Positions 1 through 10,100 of a DNA stretch of 64,000 nucleotides are shown one piece after another (the first letter of the stretch is position 1; the number at the start of each line of letters is the position of its first letter). This DNA is from an uncultured Methanosarcinales archaeon (GTDB lineage: Archaea > Nanobdellota > Nanobdellia > Woesearchaeales > CAXGTL01): assembly GCA_964535955.1 (NCBI GenBank), contig CAZHVK010000008.1, forward strand, positions 1-64,000, read 5' to 3'. A program made the translations under genes and the position numbers. Below the pieces are notes generated by a model. The model ran no database searches. It saw only the letters and a list, made by a program, of their open reading frames with translations, and was not told the origin of the DNA.

Positions 1-3000
1 CTTCCTCATGCCATATCAGCGTCGGATAAACACAAACATTATCAGGAGTTCCATACCCTTTTTGACAATCTTCTGTGCCTGTCCATGTTGTGATAGGAAC
101 CAATGGCAATACTTGTTTCCAGTCTTTGTCAGAGATCAAGAAAGTTTGTTTTTCTGAATATTTGTCCATGTTCTTTAGATTGATGTCTGCGCAATTAGGA
201 TCATCTTGTGCTATCAAGCCATCGCAGTCATCGTCTATAATGTTATTGCATATTTCTGTTTCTTTGCAAAGTCCTGCTTCAATCCATTTACCCTCATCAC
301 AGTACTTATAATGTTTACCATCTAAGTCATCATACACATCTTGGAAAATCTTTCCACCGATTGTGTCCATGTCGCCGTCACAGTCATGGTCAAACTCATT
401 GCATGTGTCTAATTCTCCTGGGTTGATGTCTGGGTTTGTATCATCGCAGTCTAATTGGTCTTGAAGTTCTGGATCTGTGCAAGTTGTTTCATCATAATAA
501 GTATCTTCATCTTTGTCAATGCATTCTGGTTCAACAGGTTCTTGTCCAACAGTGCTTGGATATTCTTTAAAATAAACATACATAACATCTTCTAAAAAGT
601 TTTCATCATATGAATCTGCATAGATATAGAAATTATCACTTCTCCAGCTAATAGTGAATATTGGTGGTTGTATTGGAATCTCTTTGTAATAATGTTTGTT
701 ATCCATGTATTCTCTTAATTCAAAATCATCTTTGCTTTCCCAATTAGCATTCAGTGCTAGTGCTGCTTTTTGTGATTCATATTCTGATACTTGTATTCCT
801 GCTTGTGAAGATAATGGTTCATATGAGACCATGTCTCGTCTTAAGACTTTGAACTTGCCGCCTTGTGGTCCAGAGATTGTTGTTTCATAGTTTTCTTTTG
901 TTCTTATATCTCCTCTTTGTTTGTGGTCTGGTAAGTCGAGGATAAGTTGTTGTCTTTTTTCAATACAAGCACCATCTTCACAACCATATTCGCAATTATA
1001 TCCTCTGAATCCTACATCTCCCTCTATAACTGGATCATCTTCTTGTGCACAATACCATTCAAGTAAATTAGTATTTGGGAATGGTGAGTCACAAGTGTCT
1101 GTTTCTTTAGTGCTGCTGTAAGTAAGTGTTCCTCTTTCACCATAATTCAATCCAAAAGGGAATTCTTCTGTTGAATCTGTATCAACACATTGTATATCTT
1201 CTTCACCAACATTAGAAGGATACATATCAAGATAAGCATCTAATAATGAATATAGTTTGTCGTCTGTGTAAAGTTCATCATTAACATCTTCAGTGCCTGA
1301 TAAGATAAGTTTGTTATCATGATACCATAAATGCCAGACATCATTACCAGTCTTTGTCTTGTATACTAAATTATCACCAATAGAAACTTGGTGAAACTCA
1401 ATTTCTTCATCTTCTGATACTTCTTTGATCAATGTATCAACTGATTCAGAAGTAATTAGAAATCCATGGATCTGTACTAAAGTTATAAAATCTCCTTTGT
1501 ATTCTGCCATACGACCTATAATGACTTCATTATCTTTTAATTCAATTTCAGAATCAGTTTCAGTACTAATATATTCAAGATTATCAATATCTTGATTAAT
1601 AACAAGATCTATACAAGCTCCTTCATAACAAGAATTACCTGATTCATCTGTATAAGGACAAGAATAATAAATTGATTGTAATTCACCTTGTTCACAATAG
1701 AATTCTACTAAACTCATTGCAGATCCTGCTTCATAATGACAACCATCCTCAGCACTTAATGCGTCTGTTGATATAATACCTTGTGTAAAATAATCAAGAC
1801 CACCATCAGTGTCTATGCAAGCTGGTTTTTCTTTACAAGCACCATCATCACAACCATGTTCACAATAATAATAAGTCGAACCAATATCCACACCAAAGTC
1901 TGCATCATCTACACAGAATAATTCAATAAGATTACCATCTTCACCAAGGTCTTGGCACCAGTCTGTTTCTTTTTCATCACCTAAAATAATAGTTCCTCTT
2001 TGATCATAATTAAATCCACCTGGGAACTCATCTGTAACATCTGAGTCAGTACATACAGGTCTTTTTATGCAAGCACCTTCATAACAACCATATTCGCATT
2101 TGTAAGGAATAAAACCAACACCATCATTGCAATAAGCTTCACCAATATAACAATCCTCATAATAACATTCATTTGTTGAGTCATACCAAACACCATCATA
2201 TTCAAAATAACCACCTTGTTCTTCTTGTTCAACAGGTGGCAATGGTTCAACACACATGTCATTGTATGTATGAAAATTATATTCTACAACATAACCAGGA
2301 ACATAATAATCTTTACCATCATCACTGTCAGAACATTGTACTTGTGGATCTACTATCAGGTCATGATCATATGGTCTTAATATGTTTTTGTCAGCAGAAC
2401 TAATGTCATAGCCTGTTATTAATAATTCTGAATCAATATATTCTTCTAACACATCTTGTGTCATCAATATTACTTGGTCTTTGTCACCATATTTTTCTGT
2501 AAGAGAATGTTTTGGTTTTGGTGTAGCATGTTCAATGGTATCATATGCTTTGTTTCCTGCTTGGTCTGTAACAACTGCTTTTATTGTATAATCTTGTGAT
2601 AATCCTGATGAATCAAAATTACCTTTCCATATACCACCTTGTTCAGTCATGTCAACTAGTATCTGATTATTGTTAGAGTCTGTTACAGTGACTGATGGTG
2701 AGTTGATGTAGTTTTTGTAAAAAACGTCTCGTGCATCCCAAAAACCAGTATTATATCTACCATCTGCCCATACAAAATGAGCATTTCCTAGATCATCTAA
2801 AGCAAGATTATTAGTTCCTAAGTCAATGATCTTTTCATCTACCAATGTTCCTTTTGTCCAAAGATTTTTACTTGGTTGATAAAAATCATAAGCAAGGCTA
2901 AGGTGTTCACCCCAATCTTCATGAATGATATATACATTATTATTTGGGTCTAAGACAAAATTGTTTTCTTTGTTACCAGATGAAACTGTTTTTATTGTTT

Positions 3001-6000
3001 TGACATAATTTATGTTATTATTGTCAAGGTCTAGGTAGCCATAATATAATTTAGTGTCCACAGTATCATGATCTTTATCATAAATTACATGGATCTTATT
3101 ATCTTTGTCAATCTGGATATTATGTATAGAAACCAATTCTGTGTTAATTGTTACTCTTTCATCTAATTCACCATCAGAGAGTTTTTTATAATAAGACTGC
3201 ATATATGGGTCGTATCCTTGCACAGAATCTTTTATTGCTTCTGACCAAACAAAATAAACATCATTGTTATTGTCAATTGCAAAATTAAACCTAGCAAAAT
3301 ATCTTTTAAGTTTATTAGGATCATTGAAAGCAAAAATTTTGGTTTTTTCTATGAGTGCATTGCCTTTTGTATCAATCTTTTTATAAAAAAGATTTAAATA
3401 AGTTCGAGCATATCCTTCTTCTTTATTCACTTCTCCACCATATACTTCTCCCCACAAAATATGAATATCATTATTCTTGTCTATTCTTGCTCTTACACCA
3501 TAAATATCTTTACTAAACCTGCCTGTTTTAAAAGGATCATCGCATATTTTATCTTTATGTTCTTCATAATTACTAAGTTCGTATTCTTCACAAATAGCAA
3601 GATCATTTTCACAAGCATCAACATAATAGATCAGATCATTTATTATATTCCATTTGTTTGTTTCTTTATCTAGTTTTCTTAGACCCATACCACCAATACT
3701 GCATAAAGCGCCGTTTGTTGTATAAGGTGACAAAGTGTAAATATTATCATACGAATCTTTCAATAATAAAGATTCCATAACATCAAAATAGACACTATCA
3801 CCAAGATTAGGTCTTTGGAATTTTTCATTTAACCACACTATTAATTGATCTGGATCATAAACAGTTGTTGTATCTTCTACTTGGTCTAATTCTGGATTAA
3901 ATCTAAAATTAAGAACAGCGTGAGGAGTCATGAAAAATCCAGGTCCTCTTAGAATATAATTAACAAATACTTCATCTTCTGAAATAATAATACTAGCAGG
4001 TTTGTCTGTTTCTTCTATATCAAAATTATGGTGTGTTAATTGTTTTCTAAACTGCCAACTAGGTGAAACATCTTCATTTGCTATTAGTTTGAGATAAACA
4101 ATGTCTTGTTCTTCAGAAGCTGTTAATTCTATTATTGGTAGATCCAAGTCACCTGTGAATTCTAGTTCACCATATATTGTGCTGCCTGTGACATCAATTG
4201 CTGTTGCAGACACAACATGTTTACCACTTTGTTTTACTTCAAATTCAAAATCTGCATTATGATAATTAGGATAAGCATACACTGAGATTATTTCTTCATC
4301 AGGTAATGTTATTGTTATATCTAGGTCTTGCATCTTTGGAAATGATTCTATGCTTATTTTTATTTTTCCATTTGTCACTTCCTTATCTGATGATAATTCT
4401 AAATGTGTTCTTTTGAACCATATAGGCACTTCTATTGTATTTGTTGAAGAGAATAATGTAAGCATGTTTTCATAATCCCAATCATCAACATATTGTTCAT
4501 CTGCTTTATCATTGTCAAAGTTAAGTGTTAGATCAAATTTATATTCTGAGTTTGGTTCTATTGTGATTGTTTCTGGGTATGATAATGTTGCCACTCCATC
4601 CATGTATGGATCTTCAAGAGTTAAAGTATAAGTAACTGGTTTATCATTAGTGTTTGTTATCTGGATTGTTTCTGTTTTTTGCCACAGACTTTTGCTCAGG
4701 TCAACTACACCAAAACCTATGCTTATAGTGTCAACATAAACAGATGCATCATGTTCACTTACTTTGACAGAATCAACTCTTTTATATTGTTCCCAAATAT
4801 CTTCACCTTTTATAATTGCATTCTTAACTTGTATTGGTGTATATTCTGGATGTTGTTGTTTTATTAGTGCTGCTAAACCAGCAACATGTGGTGCTGCCAT
4901 TGATGTGCCATCATAAGAATCATAACCTGAGTCTGTAATAGTTGATCTTATGTTATGTCCAGGTGCTGCAATATCTGGTTTAAGTAATACAGTGTTTTCA
5001 GAAATAACAGGACCACGTGAACTAAATGATGTTACCCAATCACCTTTTGTTGTTGCACCTACTGTGATTGCTTTTCTAGCTGTGCCTGGAGAACCTATTG
5101 TTTGTATGCCATGAGAACCATCATTGCCAGCTGCAATCACTGCAATAACACCTGCATCAACAACATTATCAATTGCAGTTGATTGAGGATCGTCAGGGCC
5201 GCAGAATTCACTAAACCCTCCTAATCTTTTTTTACAACCTAAGCCTAAGCTTAAACTTATAACATCAACCATGTCTGAAAAATCACCATCTTGGTTAGGG
5301 TCAACAGATCTTTCAATAGCTGCAATCACATCATCAAAACTTCCAGAACCTCTTGCATCTAATACTTTGTAAGCATATAATTGTGCATCTGGTGCAACTC
5401 CTTTTACTTCACCATTTGCAGCTGCAATTCCTGCACAGTGTGTGCCATGATCTCCATCATCCATTGGATCTAAGTCAAGTTCACAAAATTCACCTGTTTT
5501 TGATTCTGTATAACAATCACCTGTGTCCATATCACTGTTAATGTCAACCCATTTTTCATCTGTGCTTATATCTTTTTCACAGTATTCTCCTTGTTTATCC
5601 AAGACAAAGCAATCAAATAGATCAAAATCATTGTTAAGGTCATAAGTGTTTACAAAATCATAACCACCAATCACTTTTGCACATTCATTGTTAAGGAATT
5701 CTTCTTTTGTGCATCCGCCTAAGTCTGAATGTGTATAGTCAATGCCAGTGTCAATTACTGCGATTGTCATGCCTTTTCCTGTAAAACCTTGTTCCCATAA
5801 GTTTGGTGTATTTATCAATGGAACAGAGTCTTGTAAATTTGCCTGTACAACTAAGTTTGGGTAAACATTTTTAATATATGGTGAATCTTTGAATTCTTTT
5901 GCTTGTTGTTCTGAAATGTCTAATGATAATCCATTGAATGACTTTGTAAATTGTTTTCTTACTTTTGGCTGTGCTTGTTTAACTGCATAGCCTGTCATCA

Positions 6001-7111
6001 TGTTTTGTACTCCTAATGTTGATAAGAATTGTTCGTGTTCTGATTTTATTCTTTGTTCATGTTGTTGTAGTTTTTGTTTTATTTCCTGGTATGGTGTTAT
6101 TTCTTTTTCATATTTTAGTTTTCCAAAAGAGCCTGCTCCAAGTGCTTTTTGTACTGCTTGGCCTGATGCTTGTTCTAGTGATTGTTCTATTTTTAGTAAT
6201 GGTTTTGTTTTGAATTCTATAATGTATCCTCTTTGTTTTGGTGGCTGGTATTGTTGATAATTTCCTTTGTTGTCATATATTAAGTTTGATTCTGGTTTCC
6301 AATTGTTTTGTTCAAAATCTTGTGAAGGTCTGTTGTAATTTTTTTCTAGTTTTTGTCTTGCAGGAAGTTCTTCTTCTACTGCTTCTTCTACTTCTACTGC
6401 TATTATATCACCTTGGATTATGAGTTCATCTTGTTCTTGTGTTAATTTACCTTCTATACTGATTATTTCTTCAATACATTCACCAGTGTCTGGGTCTTGT
6501 CTTTGGAATTCTGTGCAATCTGTTGTTGGTCCACCAAAATCCAATTCACCTTTTTCTTTCATCTTTATTTGGTAACCTGTTTCTGGTTTGAATTCTGTTA
6601 AAGTGTTGTATCTTGAAGGAATGCTGGGGTCATAAACAGCTACATCTGTTGTTGTATATTCTCTGATGATGATTACATTGTTTTTTATTGATTCAATTGT
6701 CTGCTCAATATCAACTGTTTCAGTACCTAGATAAGGAATCTTGTTCCAACCTTTGTGAAGACTCACACTTGTTTCAGTGAATTGTGTTCCTGTCAGAGTT
6801 AGTTCACCAGCATTTGCCATCTTTATTTGATATGCTTTGCCAGGTGCAATTGTTTTTAGTGTATTATATCTTGGTGGTATGCCTGGATCATAAACCTGAA
6901 CATCTGTTTCTGTGTATTCTCTGATAATGATAATATTATCCATTATAGGTGCAAATGCTGTTTCTATTTCTTTTATGTCTGGGTCTATTGTTATTGGAAG
7001 AATGTTCCAGCCTTTGTGAAGGTCTAATGTAAGTTCATCTGCTAATGTTAATTGCGCAGATAAGATTAGAATAAAGATTAGAAATATGTTTAATATTATC
7101 TTGTTTTTCAA
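1..7111 (-). CDS. Giant secreted S8 (subtilisin-like) serine protease, multidomain, >2370 aa, 3' end beyond window
   Basis: Missing from the ORF track because there is no stop inside the window. Manual translation from TTG at 7111 (SD-like AGGTGG upstream) gives MKNKIILNIFLIFILILSAQLTLADELTLDLHKGWN. The catalytic triad motifs are IAVIDTGIDYTH, HGTHCAG and DGTSMAAPHVAG. Cys-rich C.D.DGG/MopE-like modules follow. The frame was spot-checked at several points and is still open at the window edge (...GTPDNVCVYPTLIWHEE). Confidence 0.9.
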   Translation of the reverse strand, partial: MKNKIILNIFLIFILILSAQLTLADELTLDLHKGWNILPITIDPDIKEIETAFAPIMDNIIIIREYTETDVQVYDPGIPPRYNTLKTIAPGKAYQIKMANAGELTLTGTQFTETSVSLHKGWNKIPYLGTETVDIEQTIESIKNNVIIIREYTTTDVAVYDPSIPSRYNTLTEFKPETGYQIKMKEKGELDFGGPTTDCTEFQRQDPDTGECIEEIISIEGKLTQEQDELIIQGDIIAVEVEEAVEEELPARQKLEKNYNRPSQDFEQNNWKPESNLIYDNKGNYQQYQPPKQRGYIIEFKTKPLLKIEQSLEQASGQAVQKALGAGSFGKLKYEKEITPYQEIKQKLQQHEQRIKSEHEQFLSTLGVQNMMTGYAVKQAQPKVRKQFTKSFNGLSLDISEQQAKEFKDSPYIKNVYPNLVVQANLQDSVPLINTPNLWEQGFTGKGMTIAVIDTGIDYTHSDLGGCTKEEFLNNECAKVIGGYDFVNTYDLNNDFDLFDCFVLDKQGEYCEKDISTDEKWVDINSDMDTGDCYTESKTGEFCELDLDPMDDGDHGTHCAGIAAANGEVKGVAPDAQLYAYKVLDARGSGSFDDVIAAIERSVDPNQDGDFSDMVDVISLSLGLGCKKRLGGFSEFCGPDDPQSTAIDNVVDAGVIAVIAAGNDGSHGIQTIGSPGTARKAITVGATTKGDWVTSFSSRGPVISENTVLLKPDIAAPGHNIRSTITDSGYDSYDGTSMAAPHVAGLAALIKQQHPEYTPIQVKNAIIKGEDIWEQYKRVDSVKVSEHDASVYVDTISIGFGVVDLSKSLWQKTETIQITNTNDKPVTYTLTLEDPYMDGVATLSYPETITIEPNSEYKFDLTLNFDNDKADEQYVDDWDYENMLTLFSSTNTIEVPIWFKRTHLELSSDKEVTNGKIKISIESFPKMQDLDITITLPDEEIISVYAYPNYHNADFEFEVKQSGKHVVSATAIDVTGSTIYGELEFTGDLDLPIIELTASEEQDIVYLKLIANEDVSPSWQFRKQLTHHNFDIEETDKPASIIISEDEVFVNYILRGPGFFMTPHAVLNFRFNPELDQVEDTTTVYDPDQLIVWLNEKFQRPNLGDSVYFDVMESLLLKDSYDNIYTLSPYTTNGALCSIGGMGLRKLDKETNKWNIINDLIYYVDACENDLAICEEYELSNYEEHKDKICDDPFKTGRFSKDIYGVRARIDKNNDIHILWGEVYGGEVNKEEGYARTYLNLFYKKIDTKGNALIEKTKIFAFNDPNKLKRYFARFNFAIDNNNDVYFVWSEAIKDSVQGYDPYMQSYYKKLSDGELDERVTINTELVSIHNIQIDKDNKIHVIYDKDHDTVDTKLYYGYLDLDNNNINYVKTIKTVSSGNKENNFVLDPNNNVYIIHEDWGEHLSLAYDFYQPSKNLWTKGTLVDEKIIDLGTNNLALDDLGNAHFVWADGRYNTGFWDARDVFYKNYINSPSVTVTDSNNNQILVDMTEQGGIWKGNFDSSGLSQDYTIKAVVTDQAGNKAYDTIEHATPKPKHSLTEKYGDKDQVILMTQDVLEEYIDSELLITGYDISSADKNILRPYDHDLIVDPQVQCSDSDDGKDYYVPGYVVEYNFHTYNDMCVEPLPPVEQEEQGGYFEYDGVWYDSTNECYYEDCYIGEAYCNDGVGFIPYKCEYGCYEGACIKRPVCTDSDVTDEFPGGFNYDQRGTIILGDEKETDWCQDLGEDGNLIELFCVDDADFGVDIGSTYYYCEHGCDDGACKEKPACIDTDGGLDYFTQGIISTDALSAEDGCHYEAGSAMSLVEFYCEQGELQSIYYSCPYTDESGNSCYEGACIDLVINQDIDNLEYISTETDSEIELKDNEVIIGRMAEYKGDFITLVQIHGFLITSESVDTLIKEVSEDEEIEFHQVSIGDNLVYKTKTGNDVWHLWYHDNKLILSGTEDVNDELYTDDKLYSLLDAYLDMYPSNVGEEDIQCVDTDSTEEFPFGLNYGERGTLTYSSTKETDTCDSPFPNTNLLEWYCAQEDDPVIEGDVGFRGYNCEYGCEDGACIEKRQQLILDLPDHKQRGDIRTKENYETTISGPQGGKFKVLRRDMVSYEPLSSQAGIQVSEYESQKAALALNANWESKDDFELREYMDNKHYYKEIPIQPPIFTISWRSDNFYIYADSYDENFLEDVMYVYFKEYPSTVGQEPVEPECIDKDEDTYYDETTCTDPELQDQLDCDDTNPDINPGELDTCNEFDHDCDGDMDTIGGKIFQDVYDDLDGKHYKYCDEGKWIEAGLCKETEICNNIIDDDCDGLIAQDDPNCADINLKNMDKYSEKQTFLISDKDWKQVLPLVPITTWTGTEDCQKGYGTPDNVCVYPTLIWHEE

Positions 7112-7150
7112 TTATACCACCTGTTTTTTTGATTTTTTATTGTGATTTTT

Positions 7151-10100
7151 TCACCTTTTTGTGATCTTTACAATGAAATAAATAAAGATTGGTAAAATAA
7201 ATATAAATGATAAAGCTCCAATCAGCATCAAACTCATGCTTTTTTGTGTTTCTGTTTTTGGCTGAATTGGTTTTGCTATTTGTTTTTTTGGAGAAGGTGT
7301 TGGTGTTTTTGGTTCTGGTTTTTTGCAAGCTTGACAAGGCCCACCACAATCTATACCTGTTTCATCTTGATTCTTTTTCTTATCAAAACAACTTGGTTTA
7401 AGTGCTGTTGAAACCTTTACATCTGTTTCATCATCATCATTCAAACTTTTACAACCAGGATCTTTCATGTCGATCAGTCCGTCACCATCATTGTCTACTT
7501 TATCAGCACATTTTCTATTAACAGCTCTTCCAGCAGTAGAACTTGCAGCAGGACCACCTCTAATGATTGTAGTAGTTGTTGGTGATGCACTAACAAATTC
7601 AACAGCTGCTGAATGTTTTAATCCTGTTATAACAAATTTATCATCTTGTTTTTCACAAGTATAGTGTAATTTCTTGCCAGGACATTTGATCAATGTTTCA
7701 TTTTTGCCTTTACATTTTGCACTAACTTGTGTTATATTCTCAACTTCTTGATCTTTTATACATACTGCATTTGATGATTTTATCACACGATCCAAGTAAA
7801 GGATTTTTGTCATATTAGTTAAGCTAAGACCTTTCAACAATACAAATCCTTTTTTATCTGAAGAATTTTGTTTTGTGATTTTTATTTTATTAAAATCAAT
7901 CTTGTCAAGATTACTATAGTTTGTCAAGTTAATCTTAATATGTGTAATGTTATTTTTTCTTAAGATAAATTGTTTTGTTTTATTTAATTCTTTAATAAAA
8001 TCTTTTTTGATTAGGCCTTTCTTATCTTCAATGTCAAAACCAATCTTACAATCCAAGAGATCATCTACCTTAGAATTACAATCATTATCAGCCTTGTCAC
8101 ATATTTCTTTTGCACCAGGTTTTATTTTTTTATCCTTGTCATTACAGTCTGTGTTAGTTGTTACATAAGTACTTGGTTTTGTGCATGATTTTATTTGTAC
8201 AGAATTGTCTCCAAAACTATCTTTATCAGAATCCTTGTAAAATGTTATAGAAACTCCTTCATCAGTCTTCTGGTTGCAGTTATTGTCCATATAGTCGCAA
8301 ACTTCTGTTTCACCAGGGTTTATCTTTTTTACAGTATCATTACAGTCAGTACTGTCTGTGACATAACCTGAAGGTCTTGAACATGCTTGGATAGGTTCGC
8401 TTAAGTTGCCAAATCCATCTTCATCTGAATCTTTGTAAAATATTGTTGTTTTACCTTCATCTATTTGTTGGTTACAATTATTATCAATATTATCACATTT
8501 CTCTTTTTCACCTGGATTTATTTTCTTATTTGTGTCATCACAATCTGTATTGTCTGTCACATAATCTTTTGGTTTTGTACATGCTTGCTGTGATACAGCA
8601 TTGTTTCCATAATTATCTTTGTCAGAGTCTTGGTAATATGTTGTTTTTTGAACATTATTATCTATTGTTCCATCACAATCATTGTCTTTGTTGTCACATA
8701 CTTCTGTTTTACCAGGGTTTTTCTTTTTATCAGTGTCATCACAATCTGTATTGTCTGTCACATAATCTTTTGGTTTTGTACATGCTTGCTGTGATACAGC
8801 ATTGTTTCCATAATTATCTTTGTCAGAGTCTTGGTAATATGTTGTTTTTTGAACATCATTATCTATTGTTCCATCACAATCATTGTCTTTGTTGTCACAG
8901 GTTTCTGTTGTTGATTCAATACTGTCTTTACAATCATCCCATTGTCCTTTTACACATGTTTGTGTTCCTTTTTCACATTCTCCTATGTCTGTGCCGCATT
9001 CTTTTGTTTCATCAGTAGTGCATACACAATCTTCATCTGTGTTACCATCACAATTGTTGTCAATATTATCTCCACATATTTCACTGTCACCAGGAAGTAT
9101 TGAGCAAGTGCTCCAAGCACCTTCTGCTGTGCATGTTTTTTCAGAACCTGCACAAGAACCATCTTGATCACAATTACTTGTTGTTGTTAAAACTTCTCCT
9201 AAATCATCTTTATGTTTATCACCATCACAATTATGATCAATTCCATCACATTGTTCTGGTTGACGCAGTATTGAACAAGCACTCCAAGTACCTTCTGCTG
9301 TACATGTTTTTTCAGAACCTGCACAAGCACCTTCTTGGTCACAATCTCCTTGTGTTGNNNNNNNNNNNNNNNNNNNNNNNNNNNNNNNNNNNNNNNNNNN
9401 NNNNNNNNNNNNNNNNNNNNNNNNNNNNNNNNNNNNNNNNNNNNNNNNNNNNNNNNNTGTTGTTAAAACTTCTCCTAAATCATCTTTATTTTTATCACCA
9501 TCACAATTATGATCAATTGCATCGCATTGTTCTGGTTGAAGTAGTATTGAACATTCACTCCAAGCACCTTCTGCTGTACATGTTTTTATTGAACCTTGGC
9601 ATGCACCTTCTTGAACACAACCGCTTGTTGTTGTAAATGGATTATCTTGATCATCTAGATGTTTATGAGTGTCACAATCATGGTCCTTGTCATCACAAAC
9701 TTCAACATCTGTTGCATCTATATAATTACAACCATCACATTTTTTGCTAAGTTCTGTTGCATGACATTCATCCTTCTGTTCAATATTACATTCACAACAT
9801 TGTTCAACACATTTACCATCTTTGTTCACTTTATCGTCAGGATTATCACAGCATACTTCTAATGACAGAGAATCGTCACAATTATTTGTTATAAGATATT
9901 CATTAGCATCATCACCGCAGCATTCAAACTCTGTTTCAGGGCCACCATCTTCTTTGCTATCGTATTCACCAACTCCTGGTTCACCACTTTTTACCAATTT
10001 TAATCCTGCAGTTTCACAAATAGTAGTGGTTGAATCAACATCTATCCATTTTCCATTTGCACAGATAACTTTTTTATCATTATCAACACCAGATATGTCT

